From Octopus sinensis (lineage: Eukaryota), in NCBI RefSeq assembly GCF_006345805.1, contig NC_043007.1, forward strand, positions 72,850,001-72,914,000: a DNA stretch of 64,000 bases. The letters are read 5' to 3'. Below, in pieces: positions 1 through 13,110 of this stretch. Made by a program: the position numbers and the translations under genes. Under the pieces are notes generated by a model that saw only the letters and a list, made by a program, of their open reading frames with translations, made no database searches and was not told the origin of the DNA. Each line of letters opens with the position of its first letter. Positions within the stretch are counted from its first letter, which is position 1.

Positions 1-1557
1 CTGCTAAGTGTAGAGAACTCATGGGAGGAGGAGAGTCTGCTTATGGATCCAACAGAGGGACTATCAATCCAAATAGACAGAAGCATTTTAGGCAAAAATA
101 TGAAAGATATGAAGATGGGGAAAGCCTTCGGCCCATCAGGAATCACCACTGAGATGCTTAAAATATCTGGTGGTGTGGGCTATGGTTTAGTTGCCCATAT
201 ATTTAAGCAGGTAGTACACAAAAAAGACATACCCAATGGCTGGTGTAGCAGCACCATAGTCAACTGCTACAAGGTGACACCTTAGATAGAAATAATTACA
301 AAGGCATCAAATCGTTGGAACAAGTGATGTAAGTCACGGAGAGGATCATAGCCCAACTAATTAGGGAGAGAATTGGTTTAGATGAGATGCAGCTTGGTTT
401 TGTGCCAGGGAAAAGGCACCTCTGATGCTACATTTCCAGAGTGGCAGTTGCAGGTGAAGTACCTAGCCAAAGATAAACTTCTGTACTTGACTTTTGTTGA
501 CATGGAGAAAGCCTTTGACAGGATCTCCTGTTCCCTTATCTGGTGGTCAATGCAGAAACTAGGGATAGATGAGTGGTTGGTGAGAGTAGTACAAGCTATG
601 TACAAGGATGCAGTCAGTAAGGTGAGGGTTGGCAACAAGTATAGCGATGAATTCAAGGTAGAAGTAAGAGTTCACCAAAGATCAGTCCTCCACCCACCTC
701 TTGTTCATCATAGTCCTCCAGGCAATAACAGAGGAATTTAAGATGGACTGCCCCTAGGAGCTCCTCTGTGCTGAGGATCTTGTTCTTAAAGCTGAATCAC
801 TACCAGAACTAGAGAAGAAATTTCAGGCATGGAGGCAATGCCTAGAAGCAAAGGGCCTCAAATGTGTATAGATGAGGAGAGCTGTGTAAAGAAGTGCTGA
901 TCTCTAACTGTAGAGGGAACCTGTGGAAGAGGTAGACCCAGGAAGACATGGGACAAGGTGGTGAAGTATGATCTTCAAATGTTGGGCCACACAGAGGCAA
1001 TGACTAGTGACCGAGACATTTGACAATATGCTATGCTTGAGAGGAACCATCAAGTCAAATGAAATCACAGTTATGGCCAATGCCGGAATCACATAACTGG
1101 TACCCATGTTGGTGACATGTAAAAAGCACCTTTCGAGTGTTGGGCCTCATGGAGGTAATGTGCAATGCTGGTGTCACATATCTAACACCTGTGCTGGTGT
1201 TGTATAACTAGCACCTGTGCCTTTCAAGAATCAGTCCTCACGGAGCAATGACAAATGACCAAGACCTTCAGCAATATGCCATGCTTGAGAAGAAGACCCA
1301 TCAAGTTACATGAAATCCTAGTTGTGACAGCTACCAGTGTCATGCAACTGGCATCTATGCTAGTGGCACATAAAAGCACCCATTATACTCTCAGAGTGGT
1401 AGGCATTAGGAAGGGCATATAGCTGTAGAAACCATGCCAAATCAAACTGGAGTCTGGTGGAGACTCCAGCCTGCCAGCCCTGGTAAAACTGTCCAACCCA
1501 TGCCAGCATGGACAATGGATGTTAAATGATGATGATGATGTTAATGATGATGATGAT
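1..1557 (+). mobile_element. Degraded 5'-truncated RTE-clade LINE (RT fragment, 3'UTR, (GAT)n tail)
   Basis: ORFs 43-285 and 382-741 carry RT motifs (DMEKAFDRI..LIWWSMQKLGIDEWLVR); ends in ttaaatgatgatgatgat like other RTE copies in the window. Confidence 0.85.
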
Positions 1558-1839
1558 ATTTACATTTCATTTGATTGCATTCACTTAACCTTTGCTAGTT
1601 CCAAATAGTTTTTTATGAAGAAACAGAAGATGAATATAATAATTTACTATACACAACTGTTATAAGATCACTATGGAATGATAAAAATTAATCACCGAAT
1701 TTTGAACTTCAGCTCAGTATAGTTTTTTGATAGAGAATGTCTCTGCTCTGCTGTTATTTGCAAACACTGGAGGTTGTGGCGACTGGGGTTCTCTGCTATT
1801 TAAATAACACAAATGAATCTAACTAAATTTCAAACATTA

Positions 1840-1975
1840 TCCACACAATGTGCCGAAAGAAACTACGATGGGGGCCCTCCAGGAGGTCCAGCATGAAGAC
1901 CGTTTTCCCACACCCGGTCATTCCACAAATAATTGCAGAGTGGGGGCCCGGTGGAAAGAGTTGATGATACGAAGT
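1840..1975 (-). pseudogene. Fragment of A32/FtsK-HerA-type viral packaging ATPase (Polinton-like virus)
   Basis: PHSAIICGMTGCGKTVFMLDLLEGP: hydrophobic strand plus Walker A GxxGxGKT, directly downstream of the capsid-like ORF, truncated. Confidence 0.7.
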
Positions 1976-1976
1976 A

Positions 1977-2817
1977 TCAGTATAAGTTGAGCACTGAGAC
2001 GAATCGGCCATCTTCGATGTTGAGCTGTGTGCCCATAATGATGTACAGGTAGACGTTCAATACACCCACGGCCTCTACCGCTTTCAGGATCTGGATGGTC
2101 ACACCCTCGCTGGCATTCTCAATGCGCCGGCCACTGCCATGGAGCTGGTCATTGTCCGTGGTGTGGAGGTCATGCCAGAGGGTGAACTTGGAGGTCAAGA
2201 ACTACCCCAAAGACATGTCTTTAAGAGCAAGGTCTTTCACGACCATGGCCACCTCGAGATGTCACTTGCAGCCGGCGGCAAAGAACATCTTTGCTTCGAC
2301 CCACTGCTGGTATGCATGCAGGCCTTGGCTGTACAGCTTGTTGGGGACCCCCTCAATGGTAACTTCTACGTTGGTTATCTTGGGGTTGTAGAAGGCCTTG
2401 GTGCCCCGCTGAAAGGCTTGATGCACAGCAACATCCTCAAACAACAACAGAATGCCCTTCATCGAGCGAGCAGGCATGTTCAGGTTAACGTTCCACAAAG
2501 TGTTGCTCTTGTTGGTTGCAATTTTGCGGTACCGCAGTACACGGTCGTACAGGATGGCCAGGCAGCCACTGTACTGGTTGCGGATCATCCTTGCCAGTTC
2601 AGGGAGTGTGACCATGTCATACTCCAGGCAGATGTTTTCAATGGAGTAACTGGGGTTAGCATCTCCAGTGGCCTGGACCATGAGGGAGTAGTCGTTAAAT
2701 GTCAACTCCTACTCGAGCCTATCACCAAGTGCTGACTGGTAGAAGGGCATATGGCTCTCTAGAAGCTTGAAGTCGAGGGGAATGTAGAAGTGGTTGCCAT
2801 AGGCTTCTACAATGGCA
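1977..2817 (-). pseudogene. C-terminal part of a Polinton-like/adintovirus-type major capsid protein (disrupted)
   Basis: Three colinear ORF pieces (YGNHFYIPLDFKLLESHMPFYQSALGDRLE; TFNDY..ENICLEYDMVTLPELAR..NPKITNVEVTIEGVPNKLYSQG; LHGSGRRIENASEGVTIQI..QLNIEDGRFVS) recognised as PLV capsid-like; GC-richer than flanks. Confidence 0.7.
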
Positions 2818-2855
2818 CCGTCAGCTCCACCTGAGACACCGTCCCCAGCACTCAC

Positions 2856-3173
2856 TTGAAGTTTGGTGACGTTCCAGTTGATGAACACGATGTAGCCACA
2901 AAAAGGTATGTCGATAGCCGGAAGCCTCTCATAACCATGTGGGCTGAACGAAGTGGCACTCTTGGAACGGGCCAATATGAATGGTCATTCGGTGCTGGTG
3001 CTAATCTACCAATGCATGGCTACAACATGATGGCTGCAGGCAGGGTTCACCGAATGCGACTAACTGTAACCAGAGTTACCACTTCCCCGGGCACCATAGC
3101 AACGGTCAATATTGTGGTTAACGGGATAACATACATCATATGGGGTAACCTCAGACCAATACTCTGGTACTAA
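2856..3173 (+). pseudogene. Fibre/structural-protein-like fragment of the viral remnant
   Basis: PVDEHDVATKRYVDS resembles the DxATKxYVD repeat of viral fibre proteins, followed by a beta-rich segment. Confidence 0.45.
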
Positions 3174-3307
3174 TACATTTGGGACCCCACTATAGCTTGC
3201 CCAATGCGACCGAGTAAGCTTCAGGTCAGCTACGACCAACGCTGATGTCCTCACTGCGTTTTAATTGAACTCGACCTGTAGCTTTGCCATAGTTACTCCA
3301 TAACATC

Positions 3308-3997
3308 ATGAAGCAAGCAACTGCTCCACCAGCTGATAGCACATCAGTTAACAGCGAATCTGCTGGCAAGGCATACATCACACTAAGTTGTACGCCAACA
3401 CTTTATCCACATCTGCCTTATCTCATTGATACTGCACAATCCCACTCGCTTCAAGAGGTCTCACAACTGGAAAAAGAACGACTTGAAGACGAGAGGGACA
3501 AACAGGGTCAACTGTACAAAAAATACTGCCATGGGGTCAATGTTGTCGATGGCGTTGACACAGTGTTGGGGATGGGCATCGGTGGTGTGGGCCTTCTGTC
3601 TACCATTATTGTGGCCCCAGTAGTCTTGGGCCTTGAAATTGCGGCCCTGGCATGTGGCAGCCTTGGAGTAATAGGCAAGTTTGTTGGCCACCGTCTCACA
3701 GTCAAAGCCAAAAAGCATAACGAGGTCAGACTCCTGGCAGAGAGCAAGCTGAATACCATCGCAGACCATGTCTCGAGTGCATTCATGGATGGTTGAATCT
3801 CAGATGAAGAGTTTCGCCTCATTCTTGGTGAGCTCAACAAGTATGATCAGATTAAGGCAGAGATCCAGGCTGGAGCTAAAAAAGCACATGCTTCAGTGAA
3901 ACCTCCGGTGTTGGATGAAGAGATAAAAAACTCGCTTATTCAGAGAGGCTGGGATGAGGTCAGGGCCAGTTTCATAAAGAAGTTGGTTGCACCATAA
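3308..3997 (+). pseudogene. Coiled-coil plus two-hydrophobic-segment protein of the viral remnant
   Basis: ORF 3308-3796 (GIGGVGLLSTIIVAPVVLGLEIAALACGSLGVIG) continues in frame past a TGA (ISDEEFRLILGELNKYDQIKAEI...) to 3997. Confidence 0.5.
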
Positions 3998-5129
3998 TCT
4001 GCTTTATGAGGCCAAAAAGAGCACCACACAGCCTGCTTCCATACACCGTTACTCTGTAACTATCACAGCTTTCAGCCACTTTTTTATTTATGTTCCCTTT
4101 GGGCCACCATACTGCTGTTATGACATCGTCATGTTTACTTCCTGGTTCAGCCATGTGCTATGACTACGTCATGTTTACATTCTGCCTTGTGCTATTATTT
4201 ACTTCCTGTCCCACTTTGAAAAACCACAAGCATTTCACATAGCTGCATCAGCCTTCTAGAATGTATCGGAATATACATAGCTATGGATAGCAAAAAGGGC
4301 TGTTAAGTGGTGCTAAGTGCTGTTAAGGGCTGTTAAGTCTGTCGGTTTATATAAGCTGTAAATTAGTTGTCACACCTCCTAGACCGTGACAAGTTTCTAT
4401 CAGCGTGACAGGAATATCATAGCATGACAAAAATGAATGTAGACAGACCAAAAAAGAGAGTTTTCTCGTTTTTGGAGCAAATAGTCAAAGAAACAAACGT
4501 GTCTAAAGGCAAAGCACGTCCGGAATTGGCCAGAAAACTGAATGAACGAACAAGACATCTACAGTAAAGGAGAAAACAGAGAGAGAGGCTGAAAAAATAG
4601 CAATGGACTTAGAAACCACGGAAGCTCAAATACAGCTGGTCAAGGAGGACATTCAAAGGCTAGAGTCTGTGGTAGAAGAAGGGACTGATGGTGAGGATGA
4701 GTAAATGCCTCATGCTTTCGGCTATTAGTCTCAACAGTCCTATATGTGGAACTCTGATTGCTCCCACTTGATGGCCTATTCATGTAATGGAATGGGTTCA
4801 GGCACACTGACACTACCAGGAGCCATTAATACCTGCCAGGTGTTCTGATGAGGCCTTACAGGCCGAAATGGCACAGAGGTGAGTCATTTATAGCTATTCT
4901 AGGGTTTGGGGTAAACCCTGGTTGTCGAGCTCCCCTGCTGTAAATATAAGCCCTTAGGCTGGCAAGGGGTCGTCCACCCTATGGCGAAGCTATAAGGCTC
5001 CTATTGGTACTCAGTATAGTATAGGGTTGGGATTACAAACGTGTATCATTGGGCTGGGGCCTGCCAGGGGTGTGGGGCGGGCCCTATCATGTGATCTGTC
5101 CCAGAACCCCCACTAGATGTATATCTGGC

Positions 5130-5251
5130 TCCAATCCCAGCTTCCTACGTAACTGAGCCTGGTGGACCCCACACAATTTATTGATGCACTGTTTCCCGCA
5201 GCGCTTGGTCCACCCAACGACCAACCACTCGCATCAATTGTACTCAATCAT
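5130..5251 (-). pseudogene. Small Cys/His-rich ORF remnant, probably viral
   Basis: Manual translation: MIEYN*CEWLVVGWTKRCGKQCINKLCGVHQAQLRRK. Confidence 0.35.
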
Positions 5252-7318
5252 ACTGTTGTTTATACATAAGGCAAGCATTTGTCTAAATAAAAAATCGAAC
5301 AGAGTATAAGCAGCCTGAGGTTAGCTGGGGCTATGTGGAAAATGGGCTGGACCCTATCATGTGATCTGTCCCAGAACCCCCATTAGATATACTACTCTTG
5401 ACTGGCTTTTATTAATGCCTCCAACATGAACGATATATTTAAAAATCATTTGCTAGCAATGGGTTTCTGTATTTGGCATAAACTATTTATGTGAAAAAAA
5501 AAGAAAATTTCAAAGATGAAATATATGAAATCTATATATAGGTCGATTTTAACAATGTTAATAAATGCAATCAGTTTCCATTTCAGGAATTACAAAATTT
5601 GAACCACAAATTAGCAATATTTTGCCTACTCACACCTAAAAAAATTCCCGTTCTCATTGACTGATTATACATGGATATGTATGTAAAGATATATAATTGT
5701 AGGATATCACTTTTTCTCTTATTCTTTCTTTTTCATTATCTCTCATAATACAGAATATAACTGAAACTATCATCCTTTTTTTCAGTGTTGCACAGTGAGA
5801 TCTTTATGAATATTAATTGCGACTGTGTTTTTTCTTTGAAGCTAAAAATTGTCTTTTCTTGGGTGGATTTTCCACCTAGCTCCTAAACTATCAAAATGTT
5901 ATATGAACAATTCAAATGCTAATAATACTTAACAGGTACAGCATTTTCCTTGTGAACTGTTAACAAGTCTTAAGTGCAGCCTGGCAATAACACTATTTAA
6001 ATGTTACACCATATAAAACGAAAACAAGCTCACGATGTGATTTTACAAAACTATCATTTCTCATAACCCGTTAGCGCCCATGGTCCTTTTTTTTTTTTGG
6101 CCCAGAAGGATCACGCATCTGTAGTAAGAAACTTTGTAGCAGATATATTTTGAACAGAAATCAACTAGATTTGTTCTGTGGAAATTTTCTTCTGACGCTA
6201 AAATACAAGTTTAGACAAAGATTTTTTTCATTGACTAAGAAAATATTAACCGAAGCCATCCTAGTTTTCAACCAAAAATTGTTCTGAAATTTTAGTTCCT
6301 GGACACTCCAAAGTAGCTTATAAAAACCCAGGATTTCCAATATATTTTTAGTGACATCTAAGCTGCTACAGGAGAATTTGTCCTCACATCTGCATGTCTT
6401 GAAGTGGTGAATTATTTTTCAAACTCATGAAGTCGCCCTTGCATTATCTGTATTCTCCATCATGACCTTAAGTAATTTACCTAAATTCTTCGTGGAGCAG
6501 TTTGAAGAATTAGTTAAGAAATTTAATACTCGTCATTCTTCTAGACAAGTAAATTCTTAGAAGAAATTAGGAAAAGCCTTTTATCACCTGCCTTCTCGTA
6601 AATCTTAAAGTAAACTAAGGGAGAGCACCTGTTATATTTATAATACAGTTAAAACTATTGAATTTGAATTAAATAAAAATAACATTGAATAAAATCTTGC
6701 GAGTCAGATTTCTATAATTTCTTGAGTATTGGTTTGAAAACAACCTGCAGGTTACTCACAAATAATTTTAACCACAAAAAGAAAAAAAAAATAATCAGCA
6801 AAGAAGACAGGTTAAACATCATATTTCTGCAACACCTGTATTTTTCTGCGATATCTTTAGTCATCAAGACTGGAGCGTTTTTCAAATATTACACCTAGTG
6901 TCTGATGTATATTGTCAACACTGATGTCTCAATTTTCAGTACGGTGTGAAAATCTTGAGGGAAAGGATACACTCAGTTTCAATCAAAAACTTTTTGATAA
7001 GTAGTACTTATATCCAACCCATATTTGTATATAGTATAAACAATTGTTCTAACTGTCCAATAAAGTTAAGAAAATCTTTGAAAGTAATTTTGCTCAAATA
7101 TAGCATGCTCTAAATGTTTGGTCCTAATATAAGGAGCATGGTCACTAGAACTCCATTTTTTCAATTTTCTATGGAAGTTGCATAAAAGAGAAAACAATCT
7201 GCAGAGATAAACTTTTTTATGCTGAAAACATTTTCTATGTATAGACAGCTGTGAAAAAAAAATTGTTCTTTTCTTTCTTTATTATTCTAATTTTAGTTTT
7301 ATTTTCAGATGTTCTCCC

Positions 7319-8507
7319 ATGGTTTTCTACCATTCAGTCAAGTCATTCTATTCAGTTCATGGTACAGTAAATTATGCAGAAGAAAATGAGTCTCCTAGTG
7401 ATGAAAACTTTATTGATATTGTTGAACTTCCTCCACCAGTAAATGAACTGACTGATGAAGAAGACTTTGATGATGAGATTTTAGATGATGAGAACAGAAA
7501 TCTAACCATTATCTTGTAGGATGTGCCAGAAAGTGTTGAGCTTCATCGGTATGATAATGAAGAAGTAACATAACCAAAAGGAAAAAAAAAAAGAAAAGCT
7601 CAGATTTCTCTTGGAAAAAGACTGATTTTTCCAAATTTGCATCACCAACTACTGATGGAGCAGATGATAGAATGAAATCAATGAAAGATAAAGTACTTGG
7701 CAAGAGCCAAGTTGAGATTTTTTAATCTCTGAATCAGAAGTTCAAGCAGTTTGGAATATTCTTTAAGAGGCTGTCAGTAGATGAAAACATAGTAAGATAC
7801 TATGGAAGAAGCTATCTAAAACAATTTATAAGAGTAAGCCAATAAGATTTGGTTTCAAGAAGTGGGTGCTTTGTTGTGCCACTAGTGGCTATTATTTTAG
7901 AATGGATTTATATCAAGGAAAGCAAAAAAAAATCCTACTTCCAATACCAGGAATGATGACAGTCTAGGTTCAAGAGTGGTTTTATCAATGACCAATCACT
8001 TAGAGAACCCCAATGATCATGAAATTTATGTTAACTTTTTCTCAAGTTATAACTTTAGGAATCAGAATCATGGGTACAGTATATTCAAACAGAACATCCA
8101 GATGTCCCATGAAGGATAACAAATCCAGGAAAAAGGAAAATCATGGATCCTATGACTACAAATTTGAAGAAAAGGAAGAATTCTTTGTTTTGAAGTGGCA
8201 TGACAACAGCATTTTCACAATTGCAAGCAATCATCAGTCTGCCACCCCTGTTGGAAATACTAAAAGATGGTCAACCAGCCATAGAAAAGAAATATTTGTT
8301 CCTCAGCCATTTCTCATAGCCAAGTATGACAAATATATGGGAGGTGTGGACCACTTAGACTGGCTTATCCAAAAGTATCACATCTCTGTTACATGTAAGA
8401 AGTGGTACTTTAGTCTATTCACAAATTTCCTAGACACTATAATAGTTAATTCTTGGATTGTACAGTTTTGCAAATGGAAATACTTTGACATTACTAGACA
8501 TTACTAG
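7319..8507 (+). mobile_element. Decayed piggyBac (PGBD-like) transposase
   Basis: Acidic N-terminus, SVDENIVRYYGRSYLKQFI/KSKPIRFGFKKW near 7780-7870, and KYDKYMGGVDHLD..KKWYFSLF in ORF 8013-8507; frameshifts. Confidence 0.85.
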
Positions 8508-8923
8508 ATTTCAAGAGGTCAGTTACACAAGCTAAATAATCCAACACAAACATCAGATATTTAATGGATTACTATTTACAAACAGTAATAATAATTTCCT
8601 TCATCAAACATACATCAAAACATATACATATAAATAATGTCTCATATAAATATCCACAATTCATCATATTACAAAGGTGAAAGAACTAAATAGGAAATAC
8701 ATTTGTAAGTCTTGAATCCACATCAACATGGTCTTAGGTATTTAATTTGTGACAAAATAGGAACCACATCTACAAGAAATATTTCCTGAAATAGACTGGT
8801 GTCCTATATATGAGATTTAACTCATCTGCTTAAGACCATGTAATCAGGGCTAAGCTATCAGATATACAGATAATCTTGGTGATACTACTTGAGCATATGT
8901 CTGAACAAAGATTGCATACTCAC

Positions 8924-9079
8924 GCTTGAAACAGTAAAAACTGAGAGCAAGAAGCAGAAGAATGATCATAGCACCAATAATAGCAAGGGATATGGTTAAT
9001 TTAGAAGAGTTCTCTTTGTGTTTTGTTGATGTTTCATTGTTGTGCTTTGGTGATGGGGTTGTACATGGTGTACCAATCA
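8924..9079 (-). CDS. Candidate exon encoding a Thr/Ser-rich stalk, a transmembrane helix and a KR stop-transfer motif
   Basis: ttttatttttatag-type polypyrimidine acceptor and c|gtgagt donor; 156 nt, phase 1-1; IGTPCTTPSPKHNNETSTKHKENSSKLTISLAIIGAMIILLLLALSFYCFKR. Confidence 0.6.
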
Positions 9080-9399
9080 CTATAAAATAAAATAGAAATC
9101 AAAATTTTGTTATTTTGTCAAAGACAAATTTGGAAATACTTTTTAAAAATATCAATTTAACTTCAATAAACAAAAGTATTGTTAAATTGGTCCAATAGCT
9201 GTTAGTTTCAATTCATCATATATAGAGAGAGACGATTTGTCTGATAACTGACAAGTGGTTGTAACACAGCTAAAATCAACTTGCTGCAGGAATTCATGCT
9301 ATGAAATTCAATGACTTCAATAATCCACTATCATTACTGACACACACATCTCTCTCTCATATAATTCATTTGAACTAAACGTTTCACCTGAAAGGTTTT

Positions 9400-11760
9400 C
9401 ATCCTGAGGGTGTTCTTCAGTACTTCATCCTTCATCTTTCTGGGTCTCCCACTTCTATGTGTTCCATCCACTTTGAGAGATCAGCACTTCTTTATGGAGC
9501 TGTCGACATCCACCCACATCACATAATTGAACCAGTACAGTCTTCTCTCTTGCACACAGCAACTAATTCCTCTTATGCCTAACTTCTGTCTCAGAACACT
9601 AGCACTCCGTTAAACATGTACACTAACACTACACATCCAGCGGAGCATACTTGCCTCGTTCCTTTCTAACCTTTGCATGTCCTCTGCATTTAGGGCCTAT
9701 GTCTCACTACCATGTAGAAATGCTGTCTGAAACCAAAGAACAAAAGGTAGTCAACACCAGAGCTGAAGACACCTCCAAAATGGGGAGGGGCCCCACATGT
9801 TGACAACGGTAGAGGAGTAAGGGCCGAAACCAGATGTGGTTCCTCTTGATGATGTCCTTAGCCATTGGATCCTATAAAGAATCTGTTGAGATAACGAACC
9901 ATGAAACATGGTTGGAATTCCTCCATGGTTTTCCTTTCACTTGGAGTCAGTAACGTTTCATGGCCAACAGAGGTAGCAGCTCTCTGAATTTCTTCAATTC
10001 TATTCTTATTCTAGCTATCACTCACTCCATGCATCCTCCCCCACCATTAATTTGATCCCCTAGGTAGCAGAAATGATTTCCTACCACTAATGAACCACCA
10101 GAGCATTTGAGAGAATCAACTTCCTGAGTCTCTATAGTTTTTATAGATCCTGTGCATCTTCCACATATGAAAGCTATCTTCTCTGATAACCTTCTTATTA
10201 ATCCACTGCACTGATTGTGTGTCCATAGCTTATACTGGGTACACCATATGGAATTCTTGCCTATGCCTTTCCTACGAATCAAACAGGGTCACCCACCTGA
10301 CTTGGGCAGGATCCTGTCAGTATTCTTGCTTACTAGGACCTTAGATTTTGCTATGTTAACTTTAAGGCCACACCTGGAATTTCTCATCTAGCTTTGATAT
10401 GAAATCCACTACAAGAGCAAGACCATCAGCATATAGTAGTTCCCAGGGTCTGCTTGGCTTGAATTCCTCTGTTATGGCCTGAAGGACAATGATGAAAAGG
10501 AGGAGACTAAGGATTGAGCCTTGATGAGCCCCTACCTTTGAACTAAATTCTTTACTGTACTCTTGGTTAATTCTCACCTTACTAACAGCCCCTTTGTACA
10601 TGGCCTGTACAGCTTTCATCAGCCTCATCAGAGTCCACCACATCACACAGTGGGGCACTTGATCAAAGGCTTTCTCTAGATCAACAAATTCCAAGTATAA
10701 TGGTTTATTCTTAGCTAAGTACTTCTCTTGAAGTTGCCAGACTGAAAATAGCATCAGTAGTGCTTCTTTCCCAGACAAAGCTGAACTGCATTTCGTCTAG
10801 CCTATGTCTGCTCCTAATTGATTGGGCTATAACTCTCTCTGTAATTTTCATCACCAGATCTAGGAGTTTGATGCCTCTGTAATTGCTTCTATTTAGTGCA
10901 TTGACCTTACTCTTGTAGCAGTTAACAATTATGCAGCTATGCCAGTCACTGGGTATTACAACTTCCTGAATGACCGGATCAATTATGTGGGTGACCAGCC
11001 CATATCCTACCTGACTGGATATTTTAAGCATCTCAGCTGTGAATCTGGATGAACCAAGGGCTTTCCAGATTTTCAAGTTTTCAATTGCAATATGTACCAT
11101 ACAGCCGTCCACTAGATCTCTCTATTGGGTTTAAATGAGGAAGACTCCCTTTATCCCATTCATTCTCTACATTCAACAGTCTTGCATAGTAACTTTTCCA
11201 TGCTTCTTTCTTGTCCACATCATTAAGTGCAAGCATACCATTATCCATCTGCACACACTCCTCTCCTACAATATCTCAATTCTCACTGACACACTGTCTG
11301 GAAATCTGGAAAACTGATCTTCATGCTGTAGGACTTTGGCAAACCTCTTCCTTTATGCTGAATAGACCTGGCATCTAGCCTCCTTTTTAGCTTTCTGATA
11401 AGATTTTTTCATACCCTATTTTCCACTCTTTCCAGGCTTGTCTTTTCTCTTTTATGGCTCTGTTAATGTCACTAGCCCTTAGTAGATTGTCCCCTAAGAA
11501 CTTCCAGTTGTCCTCTACATCATATGTCTCTATCTCTCCTTCCTTCTCATCATAGGCGTCATTGAGGACATCTCTAAATCTCTACCTACTTGAGGGATCC
11601 TTGAGCTTCCACAGCCACCTTTTCCATGCTGGATTGCATCTCAGAATCTTTCTGGCCCAAAACCTGAGGTCACTCATCACTAGCTTATTTTGAGTTGTAC
11701 ATTTTGCATTTATGGGCATATATCTATCCATGTGTTTGGTGGGGATGTAGTCAATCTGGC
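9400..11760 (-). mobile_element. Degraded RTE-clade LINE
   Basis: ORFs 10022-10282, 10362-10778 and 10711-11112 with DLEKAFDQVP, HQGSILS and LLYADG motifs matching the RTE at 24.4-28.2 kb. Confidence 0.85.
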
Positions 11761-12124
11761 TACTGTATCCTCCTTATAAAGCAACCCTTTATTTGAAAAT
11801 AATATTCAATCACTATTTTCAAATTGTGACCTCACTGTCTGTTTTATCTACCACTACTATCTGCTGCTCATCAGAACTGGCTGGCTACCCATCATCCTAA
11901 TTCCTCCCATTATATATACTGTCTTATTTCCCATACATCCATTAAGCACCTTACTCATTACTTCAACCATCATGCAACTATATTACTCTGAAGCTCCCAC
12001 AGATCTTATATCCATTCCCCATCAACCTTTGATGCTGATTCCCAAACATTTTATGCAAAATACACAACATATAATCTGCATTTTAATAATGATTTTTCTT
12101 GGGCATTATTTTAGTTTTGCTTAC

Positions 12125-12227
12125 CTGTAAAATTATTGGTCTTTGACCGATTACATGTGTTACAATATTCATATAATTTACATATACATTTCTTACTATC
12201 ATTCCAAAATTCATCAAATATTTCAAC
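12125..12227 (-). CDS. Candidate Cys-rich extracellular exon
   Basis: tttctttttaaag| acceptor and acag|gtaagc donor; 103 nt, phase 0-1, compatible with exon 8924-9079; VEIFDEFWNDSKKCICKLYEYCNTCNRSKTNNFT with N-glycosylation sequons. Confidence 0.5.
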
Positions 12228-12329
12228 CTTTAAAAAGAAAAAAAAACACATCTACTGAATAAATATTTAAATAAACAAACAAATGAGAAAGAAGCTTCAA
12301 TACTTTCATCATAACATATCCTTGTACTT

Positions 12330-12640
12330 TAACCTCACATCTTTCTTTCTTTCCAGTTGGGGAAGCCACATGTATTCACCTCTTCAGCAAGACACCTACC
12401 CCTGTCCCTCTGACACACTTTCACCTCCCTCAATACTATACTTCACTTGTGATTTCACAAGTGCTGGTGCCACAGAAAAAGCACCCAATACACTTTGTAA
12501 AGTGGTTGGTATAAGGAAGGATATCCAGCTGTTGAAACCATACCAAAGCAGATGTAGTTTGGCACAACCCTCTGGCTCATTGGTTCCTGTCAAAATGTCC
12601 AGCCTATTCCAGCATGGAGAAAAAGACATTATATGATAAT
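12330..12640 (+). mobile_element. RTE LINE 3'UTR fragment
   Basis: Similar to 1370-1530 and to the reverse complement of 14600-14850. Confidence 0.55.
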
Positions 12641-13110
12641 GAGGGAGATGATCATCCTAGCAAGGAAATAACGAATGCAAGTAGTCTTAAAGTTCTACTT
12701 CTTCAGACAACAGAAGCAAGACAATGTATTGTTAGAGCCCAAACAACATTAATCAAATCCAAAATTAATTTTAAATGATTTCTCAAAATTCTGTAAAAAA
12801 TAATTTTTTTAATGGAGTTCTGAGGGGATCATTTCTAACATGTGCAATAAAAGAAATCTTACATGGAAATTAATCTGTAGAGGCCAAAGCCAGTTGAAGG
12901 GAAGAGCACCACATTTAATAACATACACTTTACCCATAAACACTTCAAGATAACTCTTACCGGCCTTACAGCGAACCCAACCAACGGACATAACTCCAAG
13001 CCTAATCCCCTGACCCTTTTTCACAGCAGCCACAAACTAGATGTGTTAATTCACCTCTGACAATAGAGAGCAGTTGTCATATTCCCTTCCATATCAGCTA
13101 ACTCTGATGA

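Noticed and set aside
8195-8250. CTGATGA...GAAA on the minus strand inside piggyBac
   Set aside because: Stem II is not adjacent to the core and the site is antisense to transposase coding sequence; likely chance
12809-13033. Open frame with a possible phase-0 donor just upstream of exon 12125-12227
   Set aside because: Weak acceptor and no recognisable protein features; cannot be supported without transcripts
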